64,000 bases of DNA from Antedon mediterranea (Eukaryota > Animalia > Echinodermata): the NCBI RefSeq assembly GCF_964355755.1, contig NC_092671.1, forward strand, positions 9,734,001 through 9,798,000. Direction: 5' to 3'. How positions within the stretch are numbered: the stretch's first letter is position 1; each line of letters opens with the position of its first letter. Positions 11,902 through 25,600 of this stretch are shown one piece after another. A model generated the notes under the pieces. It did no database searches and was not told the DNA's origin. It saw nothing but the letters and a program-made list of their open reading frames with translations. A program made the position numbers and the translations under genes.

Positions 11902-14107
11902 TTAGAAAACGATACGGTCAAAACAATACATCGACTACCGTTTTCTAGTGACTTCACACTACTTAACATTGTAGGTTTATTTCAAAGAAAGGCACTGTGA
12001 TAAACATGTGCACATAATACATTATATATCAAACAAGACAATAAACAGAATCAAACATCGCATTTTTAAAGCTTAACGTATTTATACAAAAATGCATTTT
12101 AATAATTAATTATTTATTTAATTACTATACTATTTGAGATTTCAAAATACACATAATTTATACAATTCCCTATTTACCAAAAACATGTAGAATTACGCGA
12201 CATAAAACACACCTAATCATGGACCAATGTTCTTGTTTTTAGGAGACATTTAAGCAAACCAATAAACTCAACTGCATTTACAAAATACTATCTAAGATAT
12301 TCTTATTAATGTTGGGCCTAGGCTACGCCTATTTGCTGCGTTATTGGGTAGGTAGGTTCAGAGCAAACAGATGGTCGTTTAAAGACGAAATAGTATCGAC
12401 GTTAGGACAAAATGTGAAAATGTCGCCTTGTTATGGCAGTCATTTTGTTATTTAAAAAAAATCCAGGTATTGTTTTATTTTTTAAGCTCTATATTTTGCA
12501 AAAGCAGGCCTAAGTGATATATCTTGTTTTCGTATCTATCAGACTATTATAGACAATCTCGTAAGATTGATTGCCAATATACAGTATCATATAGTACTAA
12601 TCAAATACTACATCAATCCAGTCCGGGATGGGTACTTGTGTATTGTAAATAATTCACCATGATATTTAAAGTAAAGATGTACCGTACATATTCATTTTAT
12701 GAACGAAGTTGAATATCTCACTTCTTCAGCAGGCATGTTTCAAAGTGATAATGTAATGTTATAAGACAAATTCGTCTAGTCACGCTGGAACTTTTATTTA
12801 ATATCATTGGTTAAAATGTATGTAAAACAATCATTCATAATTATTACAAATCAATATTCCAAAAGGGTAGTACTGAGATATTTCCTAATTCGGATAATAA
12901 TAAACTAGAAGAGAAGAAAGTCATTAAACGTTACAAGTAGTTTTCAAATGGGTTAACGCCAGGTCCACGGTTGTAAAGTCAGATATTGCGGTCATGGGTT
13001 CGAGTCCAAAACGAGACAATTCACAGAACAGACTCAATTTGATGTTAACTAGAATGACTCTATTGTTTTTACAAATTAGAAAATAATTCCTGTCATTGAG
13101 ATAAACTTTTCTAAACACAAAATAAACCTTGTTAAATACAATGTTTTCTAAAGATCCTAAAATCTTTGCGATGTGAACACTATCCTCTGCCTATGACCAG
13201 AACCATGTATATATATGGCTCTGCCTATGTCCATTTTTACATCTATCTGGAGTAAGACACGAAGACAAAGTCCAAATTTCAGAGACACCAACCAAAACAG
13301 GTTACGTACATCATACTCTGGACAATATTGACTAAAAACTACTAATATTAATAACCTGACTGGTATTTTGTACAGTACATGCTCAAAATATTATGCATGC
13401 TCAAATATTACTGTGTCGTGAGTATTGTTAATAATTTTGTATACAATCATGTATATTTTACACTCTTTATAAATGAAGCTCTTTTAATGTTGTGTTTCAC
13501 ATTGTGTATCAACTGTCCCTACTTTATTAGTATGTACATTTTTAATAATTAGAATTCAAAAAGACAAAATATAGTGTCTTCTACACGCACATTATATTTG
13601 GTTTTACAGTTATTGAAAGTAACTAAAACAAAAATAATCAATTTAGCAATAAAAAAAAAACAAATTATATTCATTTTTAAAACATATGTGTATAAATATA
13701 AAATTAATGGGACTAACTTATTTTTTTCCAGACAAATCTCACACATTTAATACTTCTTCACACAATAAAGTACAAAACTCTGAACAATTACAAAGAACCA
13801 GTTTTAAGATAAATGAAAAAAAAACATTACACATGTAAAAAAAATGTTGTACACGTTTACCACACACCAATCAAGTTCTGAAACACAGTCTGAATGAGGA
13901 CTACTACAAATCTGATAAATTTATTTCAATCCTACCCACACATAAATAAAATACTCTTATTATTGAGGGAAGCATACTTTTTCATACATAAATTAGGAGT
14001 AAGAATGTTTTTTAAAATTTACTAAAAAATAGAATAAAAACATTTTTTTTTCAATTGGGATTATGAATTAGACCAGTCACTTGTCAAATTAATTTTGAGA
14101 AACATTA

Positions 14108-14265
14108 AGCTTTGTCTACACTATCAAACTTTATGTGTCAAAAAAATGTGATGTGCCCATATATTGACATGATGTCATATCACTACCATATTTAAGCATA
14201 GCACTACCATATATAGGCACATCAAACTTTTTTGACACATAAAGTTTGATATTGTAGACAAGGCT
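14108..14265. mobile_element. MITE family A copy 3
   Basis: Long imperfect TIRs (tgtctacactatcaaactttatgtgtcaaaaaa / ttttttgacacataaagtttgatattgtagaca) with TTA flanks. Confidence 0.8.
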
Positions 14266-15100
14266 TTACAATGAAATAAAAGCAATAATAGCTTGTACTG
14301 TTTTTGTATATAAAATTCTATTTTCATTGTACATTGATGACTTTTCATTCAATAGAGACCATTATGTAAACTGTTAAATATCCCAAACCTTTCTCCTAAA
14401 ATAACATCAATATGGTTTTTTCTTAATTTATAACAAATTTTATACAGCTTTAAAGGCAAAGTGTTAGTGTCGTAAATATCCCAATGAAATATACGCATGT
14501 ACTATGTTATTGTTGAGCAACAAATTTATGTTGCATGGTTAAGCAAAGTATTCAACAAAAAAGTCCATCACCATCTGACATGAAATTACAGTAGCTCCTA
14601 AAAAAGCTATTCTATGAAACAAATTTTGTATACAGTACAGTATAATGTATACAGTATTTATTATATACCCTTGGAAGTCTAATTACATTGTTAAAATAAT
14701 GTTTTTACAGGCCCATTGCAGAATTTCTTTAGATTGATTTCTTAATGATATAGCCTATAGGACATAGGAAATTTAAAATAAGTTACAGTGTTAAGTGTTT
14801 ATAACAAAAAGAAATGTGTAAATTGTGAAGCTGAAGAAGTGACGTAACTGGTCTAAGAAAATAGGGACCTTTTGCTTTGCGACAACCGACGACTTAACTA
14901 GGTCAGGTCAATTGATGTTTCGCCATCTGGAACTAGAAACGCTCAAAACTGTGTCGAGGTGGAGAGCGAGAATTTATGTTCCAATATCCCCGCAAGTGCA
15001 CAATAATGAATTAACATGACCTGGCCGTCACAACTCAAAATTTCCCAAATAAACAAACACAAGTGTACAAAAACAGTGCTAAGTGTTAACAAAATAAAAT

Positions 15101-18100
15101 CTATGTTTTCCCACTACCTGCACCAGGTCTTTTATCCGTGAAAAAACTTCTAAGAACAATTACTTGACCAATTCCTACAAACAAGATTGCGCAAAACTCT
15201 GCTATAGACCACCATTGTACTCGGTTGTTGACGAGCTCTGCGTGTGCACGGTCGTGCGCTTCACGTAACCTACCATGCGTTTGGTAACTTATGATTGATT
15301 TTAATGACTCGTGTATCATTACACAAGAAGCTTCAAGCTGAAGAAGAAAAAAACAAATTATGTATGAAAAAGAGGTAAACATATACAGGAAAGTTAACAG
15401 ACCGTGACAGAAGGGAAACACATGCTTTCAATTTTTTGAGATGCAAGTGACAACAGCTAGCTTTGTGTCCAGAATCGGAAGTTTCTTATGTTACTGTAGC
15501 TTTTGTACAGTACAGTATGTACAGGTACAAAAGCCAAGAAAAAATAGATTGATAGAGCATAAGTATCAATTATTTTTCATACCTGGATACCCCACACATC
15601 TGTATACAGTATTTATTGTTTTGTTGCATAGGAGGAAAGAAAGGCCTGGGTCATATAAGCTATTTTAGCTTGTTAACCCACCCATTACCATCATCAAGCA
15701 AGTACAGTAAGTATTAACAACCAAGACTTCTATTACCAAGAGTCTATTAACCCTTTTCACAAAAACAGAGTTTACACTCACACACACCATATAGAACACC
15801 AGTGTTGATGCCCCATAGTTTTACTAGGCCATGTGAAAAGGGTACTACACTGTAATATTAATAGTCAAAGGCCCTGTTCAGACCCATGGCGTTAGACCGT
15901 TTTAGCGTACAACGTTACTATCAAGGTCACGTTACAAACCGCAGAGAAAAAAACGAGGTGTTCAGACCCATAGCGTACAATTATCGTTACAACGGAAGTA
16001 CGTCATCCAAGTTGTTTCTAGTTGCATATTCATGTGCTCTTACCCACGTGTTTTCATCATTATTTCCACTGTATACAGGCCTAGATCTCAGCCCTACAAT
16101 TGACAAAATTTGCCGTAAATAAAACATACCTCAGCATTTATTTAGGAAAAATATAGTAAAGCCAAATTTCTGTTTCTATTGTTTTTATTTTGTAGTAAAA
16201 AACATTTTCCCCAGGCTCTTGTGTTACGAAAATAAAGCAGGCCTCGTAATGATGAAGAAAAAAATGATTGTGATTAGTCTATCCAGTCCAGTCAAAGATT
16301 ATATATTCTTTGGTCCCAGTCGGTTGAAAATAACCCTTAACTTGCTAATAAAAGGGATACAGCTCCCCTTGTTTGTTTACTGATTTTTTTAGGAGTTAGG
16401 GGGTTTTCAGCATTAAACTTGTCCAGTCTAGTCTGCCTTGTATGAATGAGTGACTTGATGTCCCAGTCCCACGCTAGTTTTTAGCTTGAATGAAATGCGT
16501 GAATGGCTCTAGGCCTAGCTAGGCCTAAAAGCGGATGGGATCGTAGTCCCTATGTTTAAATACAAGGTGCATGTATTTATGTCATTTGTTAGAAAATATA
16601 ATGGTAATCAGTTGATAATAGTTTGTAGCCTTTGTAACAGTTGTATTTGTAGTGTAGTTAGGCCTTATTTATTCTGGCCTTTTTGTTATTGAAATCCATC
16701 TCACACATTGACGATACAAGATGTCAGCCTAGGTCAAACCTTGTTTCGCGTCATAACAGGAAACGTTCTGATTGGATACAACGTTGACTTACAGTAGCGT
16801 CGTACGCTAAAACGGTACTATCAACCGTTTTCCACTACAACGCTACAACCGTTGTACGACGCGTTGTACGCTAATCCCCAACTGTTCAGACACACATTTT
16901 TTTAGCGTCGTACGCTAAAACGGTCTAACGCCATGGGTCTGAACAGGGCCAAAGATGTTTTTCATCTACTGTATTACAATTTACACATTTCAATCAATCA
17001 TTATGATGTTTTTGTTTCCAACAAGTGGGAATGATTATGTACGTAGACTTGACATAAGTAGCTATTGTAAACACACTCGTGTATCTTATTAATCCACTTA
17101 TAAACACTAAATCTGTGCTTTAGAAAATCATACAGCTTGCAGAACCTTATGAATATTAATTAGACACTTGGTACACAATAGCAAATAGCAAACAACCACA
17201 TCATTTAAATTAAAATATGTTAATTACAAAATAGTGTGTGTACTGTATTCCTTTTGATTATTTATCACATATTAATATTCATATGTAGAGCAGCAGTGTT
17301 TTGAAATATGGCTATTTTGTTAATATAACAGTTACAAAGTATATTAAAAAAATAATAATTAAATTTAAAATTTTCTTTTTTTACAAAATGTAACATTAAA
17401 CAAATGGATATTTTGTAATATAACAGTAAATAAGTATATTAAATAAATAATAATAAATACATTTTTAAAAATTATATAATCATTAAAATATTTTAAACAG
17501 TAAATAAAAATGAAACTACATATTGTACATAAAGACGCCTAATTAAATATTCAATTTAAATATTGTGCAGAAGAAAATTTTAGACTAATTTTAGATTAGA
17601 AACACAAACTGTTATTATTATTTATCATGATTATAATAAATAGTCTGATCTTATTGAACGTTGTAAACTTACCTGTGTTAATGCACTAGCTTGGGCTCCT
17701 ATTTTGCCGGTAAGGGGCTGTTCATCTCCGGCATAGAAATCAAAATAAACTGTTTTATGTGCAAATGTTGAAAATTCATTGCTAAAGCAGAATTTGTAAA
17801 CCCCTTTAACAGTAGTGGTCCACGTGTATGTGTCATACTGTTTCTTCTTCTCTTTATACAGGATTTGAGAGCCTGGACCCTCAAGGGTTACATCAACATC
17901 ATAGTGACCACCAGTTACAACCTAAATCAACAATATAAATCAGTTTATTTATGGATAAAAATATAACATTTATTGAATTTAAACACAAATTATTTTAGAT
18001 ATTCTCTAGTCTAGGCATAAATAATTCTTCATGAAATAACACATACAATGTTTTATACTATTGTTAGCCATGGTCTATATTTTAATCTGCAATAAATACT

Positions 18101-18408
18101 ATACAATACTGTAGAGTTATTATACAACAAAAGAACAAATTGAAAGTCAGGTAGGTAGGAAGTTTATTGAAATAGTTTTTAATTGATCCATATTTAATAT
18201 TTGACCGATCCGTACTTTCCTAATGAATAGATGTTACTACTGAACATCATACCTGATATTCTAATGTCGTTTTTATGTTCTTGTCAACTTCTTCGTAAAA
18301 ACATTGCTTAGCGTTATCGGACAGTTCAAACGTAAGCTCCGTCGCCCGGACTTGACTGGCTGACAGCAGCCAAACGCTAAACACCACACACAGCCTACAA
18401 ACCCACAT
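15101..18408 (-). CDS. TMED7: p24-gamma family transmembrane emp24 domain protein (TMED7/TMED3-like), 213 aa
   Basis: Exons 18408-18253, 17921-17673, 15337-15101. Signal peptide, then [75 protein letters not shown] and a TM segment ending LRSFF. Probable non-coding first exon near 18518-18590. Confidence 0.93.
15870..16950. mobile_element. Non-autonomous PIF/Harbinger-like DNA transposon, 1081 bp, in TMED7 intron 2
   Basis: Perfect 41-bp TIRs (ggccctgttcagacccatggcgttagaccgttttagcgtac), AAA on both flanks, subterminal repeats, no transposase ORF. Confidence 0.88.
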
Positions 18409-18589
18409 CTGTTTTTGTCTGTTTAAAACAAAATATACAGCAAATCACAATATTGCAAACATATTCAAATAATGCATGTTTTATATAGATTAAACTAAAC
18501 GTAAATGTTATGCTTACTTGTTTCAAAATCAAATAAAAATGTGTAAAATACTGTTAATCAACGTGGCAGCAACACAAATAATCAACCGG

Positions 18590-19525
18590 CAAAGAAGGGT
18601 CAACGAATTCTCCGGATGCGAGCGCCCTCAATATCTATACAGTTTTTCTATAATAAAAAAAAAGGATCAACCATCGATATCGATGGATCGATCGACGACA
18701 TCACCATGCCATTTCACTGATTCAATAATATATAGTACTGTATTGAAAATAGCTATGAAATATAAAGCATCTTTCGGTGGTTATTTATTGGACAATCGTA
18801 CGTGTGTCACAGTGGATGTATTGGAGGCACTAACTCTACACCGGGGGCTTATGATATACCACATTATCGATTAGTTGTTCCAATTTGTACAAAAGAATAT
18901 AACCATATCTTTATTATTAAAGGTTTTCGGCGTTTTTGTTTGGTCGTAGGGCCACTAACATCACGTCTACCGACACTAAACCTTCACACGATAAAAATCC
19001 AAAATTATCGATTAGTTATCAATCAAATCTGTAACTAGAATATGATAATATGTTTATTAATAACAATTGTATCCAAAAACAAATCTATACAATTGTTGTT
19101 TTGTTTTTGTCTCTTAACTACTGTTTTTGGCCTACTGTACTTACCTTTCAAATTGTGTTTTTTTTTTAAATCAAAAACATCACGTTCGCTATTCTTCCTG
19201 GACAATGTTTGTTATTATGCTGCACAAACAAATAAATAGTTCCACATACCATGTTGGTGATGATGATTTTACTCCAGTAAAAAAGGCAAAAACTTTTAAT
19301 AATGAAATATTATAATTTAATAACAAAATTTTATTTCTTTTTCAAAACATATCTTATTGGAATCTGTGGCAAGCAAAACAATAGTAATACAATAAATCAT
19401 GTTATGTTCAGGGAACTAGTCATCAAAAGCGCACTCTGTGTGTGGCATATGTTGTAAAAGTACACATCCGATTCTCCAATCATCCACCAACAAACAAACT
19501 TTCAATCCTCAACAAAAATTACAAC
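18590..19525. promoter_or_regulatory. Putative bidirectional promoter region between TMED7-like (-) and PSMB4 (+)
   Basis: Divergent start codons 1.1 kb apart (18408 on -, 19526 on +). No individual binding sites are claimed. Confidence 0.5.
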
Positions 19526-22500
19526 ATGGCGTTTTGCGGTGGAATTGATACACAATTATGGAAAAATGGACCTACACCAGGGGCCTTTTACAATTTTCCA
19601 GGTGGGAAAAGTGCCGTGCATGATGATCCTGCTAAATATACATTGTAAGTTGTGTACTATTTTTTTCAAAGTATGCTTTATTGAATTAATATGGTGTTAG
19701 GCTAGGCCTAGCACGGTTTAAATTTGTTGAGTGAGTCAGCATTGTTAGTGGGAATCGAAGAGGGAGACGAAAGGTTGCACTAAGGGGAAGACACTTCGTC
19801 CACCTGGCCTAGCAGTAGTTAATTTTACAAGAAGGCTCAGCTAGTTGTATGGAAAAGTGTAGTTTAACGCAGTTGATGTGATGATTTAGCCTAGCTTAAT
19901 ATATAAATTATAGGTTGGCCTATTTAATTGTTAGTGGGAATCGAAGAGGGAGACGAAAGGTTGCACAAGGAGAAGGGGAAAGACACTTCGTCCACCTGGC
20001 CTAGCAGTAGTTAATTTTACAAGAAGGCTCAGCTAGTTGTATGGAAAAGTGTAGTTTAACGCAGTTGATGTGATGATTTAGCCTAGCTTAATATATAAAT
20101 TATAGGTTGTCCTATTTAAAAAAAAAATATTACTTATTATTTTTGGGAATTTTGAAGAGAATTGATTTCCGTTTTTAAAATTTTTTTCTATTCAATTTTT
20201 TTTCAGATCGCCAATAGTGACCGGCTCATCAGTACTTGGAATGAAGTTCAATGGTGGAGTACTGATAGCAGCTGATATGTTAGGATCCTACGGCTCTTTA
20301 GCAAGATTCCGTAACATATCTAGAATCACAACGGTGGGAAACAATACAGTTTTGGGTGCTGGAGGCGATTATGCAGATTTTCAGTACCTGAAGGAGAGAC
20401 TAGAACAGAATATGTATGTTTATTGTTAAAATAAATATTGAAATACTGATAAAAAATATTAATTACAAACCTTTTCATGTTTACCAACTCATTTAAACTT
20501 TGTTTGTTTTAATTACAGCATTTATAATGAATGTTTAAATGACGGTCATGAATACACACCAGCTGCGATATTTTCTTGGCTGACCCGTGTTATGTACTAC
20601 AGAAGGTCACAGTTCAACCCCTTATGGAATACAGTAATAGTTGGTGGCGTTCACAATGGGGAATCGTAAGTCCTTTTCAAATCGTTAATATACATTACTG
20701 TAGAATTTTTAAGTTTGAAAACTTTGATGGTATTGTTCCAACTACAGTATGAACATCAATAATAAAATAAAACCAGTTTTAATTTATTTAATATCCATGA
20801 CATATGGTTATGCATCCTCTTGTTGAAATAAATGAATGAAAATTTACTGTTTTACAACAGTTTTCTAGGCTATGTTGATAAGATTGGTACAGCATATGAA
20901 AGTGACACAGCAGCCTGTGGATTTGGAGCATATATTGCATTGGTAAGTATTGAAATTCTGCCTAAACTCATTTACCGTTGGATTACTTGATTCATTGATC
21001 AATTGATTACCTGATTGATCAATTGATTACCTGATTGATCAATTGATTACCTGATTGATTGATCAATTGATTACATGATTGATTGATCAATTGATTACAT
21101 GATTGATTGATCAATTGTATTAATCTTCATATTGCTCATTTTGTTTAATTCTGTATATTTTGTATAATGTATTTAACTACTCAGTTCGAAATTCAGTTTA
21201 TACTGCCATGAATTGTTTTATGTATATACTTTTTGATGAATAAAAGATACCGAAAAGATACCGAATTGATTACCTGATTGATTGATCAATTGATTACATG
21301 ATTGATTGATAGATTGATCAATTGATTACATGATTGATTGATCAATTGATTGCCTAATTAATTGATTACCTGATTGATTGATCAATTGATTACCTGATTG
21401 GTTGATTAATTGATTACCTGATTGATCAATTGATTACCTGATTGATCAATTGGTTACCTGATTGATTGATCAATTGATTGCCTAATTAATTGATTACCTG
21501 ATTGATTGATCAATTGATTACCTGATTGATCAATTGATTACATGATTGATTGATCAATTGATTGCCTAATTAATTGATTACCTGATTGATTGATCAATTG
21601 ATTACCTGATTGATCAATTGATTACATGATTGATTGATCAATTGATTGCCTAATTAATTGATTACTTGATTGATTGATCAATTGATTACCTGATTGGTTG
21701 ATTAATTGATTACCTGATTGATCAATTGATTACCTGATTGATCAATTGGTTACCTGATTGATTATTGCAGTCAAAAGAATCTACAGGGTCAATCAAATGC
21801 TACTGTACTGTCTTCTAGATGCTTTAGTCTCTTTAAGCTGGGTGGCATCATACATCTGTCTTACTATTCTAAACAGATACAAGTCTGCCTCTATTGGAAT
21901 ATATTTGATAGTTTTCTGTTTAAATGAAAGGATTATTAAAGAACCAGGCCTGTATTACTGTTATTCTCATACTATGTTCAATTCCTGTTGTTTTGTTTAT
22001 TTGAGTACGTGCCATAATGTATCTATTGTTTATATAGCCAATGATGCGAGATGCAACTGAGAAAAATCCTAACATGTCTGAGGCAGAAGCAAAAGCAGTC
22101 CTAGAAAGATGTTTACGAGTGTTATTCTACAGAGATGCAAGATCATTTAACAAAGTAAGTATTCTGAATAACTAGAAATGGAATAAACAGAATAGAAACA
22201 ATTTAGGACATATTGCTATTTCTCATTCTACATACACATAAGTGTAAAGCCCTTGGAGCACAAATTAACTGTGCATTTTAGTACAGGATAGAAAATAATG
22301 TTAAAAACATTTTCTTTATACTGTGAATTTACCATTGCTGTGTGTAATACTGATAATTAAATTAAGTATTTTAATTTTTTTGCCAATTTGAACACGGAAA
22401 GTACTAGGCATAAAAAGGAATCCCCTCCTATGTACACTCTAGTCGCTCGCACTACCTCGGCTATGTTAGCTTATCATAACCCATTTGGAAACAAGCCTTT

Positions 22501-23454
22501 GGGCTTAAAGGGTTATCACCTGCTTTCCATTTCTTAAATTTAATGTTTGTATTTTTCTATGTATTATAATTTATTTTCATTCATATTTTTACTGTTTTTT
22601 AAATTGTACTGTCCTTAGAAAGAAATAAATATTACTTTGTTACTAAAGCGTGGTTCCCACTAGCGACGCAACGCAAGGACGTAACGCAATGCAAGTGAAT
22701 TGACCAATCACAAGCGATGGCTTATTCGCTTGTGATTGCTAACTGTCGATAACTTCGCTTCTCATCGGTTAAAACGCTTGCGTTGCGTTTACGTCCTTGG
22801 GTTACGTTCTAGTGGGAACCAAGCTTTACCCATCCACACAAGAGGATTGCGGTTATTTTCTAAACGATAGAGAAGAGGGTAGCATTTCTTCCTACAGTCC
22901 TACTAGCTGTAGAAACTGCTGGCCTTGGACTAGCCTACCTTTTTAAGCCTAGTGAGGGGTAATAATAATAATACAGATTTCTAGAGCGCACTTCGCCACC
23001 AAAGGTGCTCAAGGCTACATATGAATCAATTTGTATTATTTTAGTTTGAAATCGCAGTTGTAACAGCTGAGGGCGCAAGGATCGAAAAGCCAGCGTCTGC
23101 ATCTACAAATTGGGAGATAGCACACATGGTTGAGTACGTTCATTTTCATTAATTTATATTGTAAAATAATTATTTAATCACAAAACTGTACAATAGGCAA
23201 CTTCTAAACAATACTGTAGAAAAATGTAATCTACATATTTTGGAAAGTATCCATCCATTTTAGTTTAAAATCATTTCAAACTTACTTTAGTTTCTGACTT
23301 TAGACTAAAATCATTTAAACACAGTTTTTTAGAAATAATAATAAAATAAAAATAATAAATAAACGTAACAATTAAAGTAAAATGCCAGAAAATGTACATA
23401 AATTTAATTATTTATAATGTTCTGGTTTTTTATTTCTCCAGAGGACATGAATGA
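19526..23454 (+). CDS. PSMB4: Proteasome subunit beta type-4 (beta7), 257 aa
   Basis: Exons 19526-19644, 20207-20413, 20519-20665, 20861-20942, 22038-22154, 23045-23133, 23442-23454 total 774 nt. Motifs [84 protein letters not shown] signals follow downstream. Confidence 0.97.
19741..20118. repeat. Near-identical ~190-bp direct tandem duplication in PSMB4 intron 1
   Basis: attgttagtgggaatcgaagagg...cctatttaa occurs twice in tandem, differing by a small indel and a few substitutions. Confidence 0.95.
20980..21765. repeat. Minisatellite (attgattacctgattgatca-like, 20-24 bp units) interrupted by a 146-bp insertion
   Basis: Read directly; the insertion spans 21118-21263. Confidence 0.93.
22647..22825. 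mobile_element. Harbinger-like MITE family B
   Basis: TIRs agcgtggttcccactag / ctagtgggaaccaagct with TAA/TTA flanks. Confidence 0.85.
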
Positions 23455-24847
23455 GTTGAATCACCTGTGAACATTATGTAAATTAGGAGCTAACACTAAT
23501 CTCAAATAAACTGAAGACCAGCCTAACAAGACCTATATATCTACTGTGAAACAATACAATAGTTCATAAAGTACAGGAATAGAAAATAAACCAATGTTCA
23601 AAATACTATAAAGCATTTAGTCTTGTTACTGTTAACTAAAGAGTAGTAAGCATTTATTTCAGGGCGGTAGGCAAAGGAGTAATTTAACAGACCGTGATAA
23701 GTTGAACATCACAGTAAAATCTGATTTGTCTCTAGCGAATAAAAGGTTTGCTAATATTTCGTCTATTACCACTTTTTATCAGTCTTTTCTTGTAATGACA
23801 TTACTTTTGATTGCAATTTATTAGTTTTTGTATTACTCTTTTTAATACATCTCGTAAAAATTTGTCAACCATCCCATGTAACTTAAGTATACAATTAAAA
23901 AGAAATGTCAAATTTAGTGTTCTCCCAAAGCAGTTGTTGCCAACAAGATTTACCTGAATAAATTGGCTCCATTTAAAATAGTGTCAAGATATAATATAAA
24001 ACAGAAACTATTCTAATGGTGGTAGGCTAGGCTTAAACATGAATAAATAAAACAAGAGAAAACATAGGGTATAAAGTACTTATATTCAATTTGATTGATA
24101 AAAAGTGCAATTATGCTTTTTTGCATTCGCCCTAGAGTAGATTAGAGTATATAGGCCTACCTCTATCTTATGATTAACTAGAAGTCGGTACCTCGATTGC
24201 TTGTCCGGATGTATTTCTACATCATTTAGACAACACATTATTCGCAAATGTAAGTAATCCCAACAACAATAATTACATTAATGTTTGCATAATCTGAACG
24301 TTCTCTACTCAAAATTATTCACTGTAAAAAGCAATTTCTATCTGACGATAGCAGCATATAAATTGACGTAAAACAAAAGGCGAGATAAAAGAAAGAGGAA
24401 ATGTTTGTTAAATCGCGCTCATCTTTTTGTCGTTAACAGCAGTCTTGTGATCATAGTTTAATTCCTATCTTAAGTTAATTACTCCCAAGACATCTCATTT
24501 GCATATTTTGTATTCCCTGCATTCATGTTTAATAAATTCAAAATAATCGCGTTCAATGTGTGTACTTCTGTATTAATCTTACTGGAGTAGAAACTTCATT
24601 GAGGCTCCTTCCGTGACCAGGGAAGAGTTCACTTTTCTTTGTTGACGAGAAAAAGATACATAGTTTTTTGTTTATGAATGTTGTCTGTGTTCTGTCTCAT
24701 TTAGGTACTAATATATTTAAATGGTTACCAAACTGACAAGCACCCGCTTCTTTTAGTATACTTTTGAATATTGTAAATGCAATTGTGAATAAACTTGAAT
24801 TATAACAGTAAACACTACGGCCAATTCCAAATCAGGGGAGACCCTTA

Positions 24848-25055
24848 AGCTTGGTTCCCACTAGCGTCGCACCGTAACGCAACCTACGCAACGTAAGAAA
24901 ATTTCCTTCCAATAATTGTGTTTTCCCCCCGCCTGCGTGAAATCAAACCTTCGATGTTTGCAGAAATGTTGCATCGTCGGTTCCTACTTGTGATTACGCA
25001 ATACGGCACTTTGCGTCAATACGTCGTTGCGTTGCGTTCTAGTGGGAACCACGCT
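24848..25055. mobile_element. Harbinger-like MITE family B-related
   Basis: TIRs agcttggttcccactag / ctagtgggaaccacgct; the interior differs from the 22647 copy. Confidence 0.8.
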
Positions 25056-25600
25056 TTGGGGAGAGAGGGCACATTCCCGTGAAACAAATTATTAATACAA
25101 GAATTGTAACAAAAAATGTAGATATCGAAAGTCGGTGCCTGTTTCAGTTGAGTTAATAAATCCTACATTTGTCTTCGTTTTGTGTTTATCAAGACAAAAA
25201 GCGGTCCATGAAAGTTGTAGAGATTTTTATTTGGAGGGAAACGTTTTATAATTGCATTCGGAAAATGTTGCGAGACTCCCAACATTTTTCTAGGTTCCCA
25301 TTACTACAGTACCACTTTAGTCTAGTATTTACATCTTTTTTTTTCATTATAAAATATCGAAATTATACTATTTAGTTTAATTCGTTAATAGTTTACATAA
25401 TTCATCATAACTAATATATCAAAAAAGTGGTCATTAAATATTAATAACGTCATTTACATTCATTTGTCATTAACACCATAAAATCATAATCGCCACATAT
25501 ACTGCAAATAATATGAAAACCATCATTAGCTATGATAGTAACAGTGAAATGTAATTAGTTTACAAATGTATTTTAGATTAGAGTTTTATCTTATTGCAGC

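Noticed and set aside
12944-13017. tRNA gene candidates (also near 40972-41040 and 42725-42775)
   Set aside because: Only degenerate A/B boxes without a consistent cloverleaf; likely decayed SINE heads.
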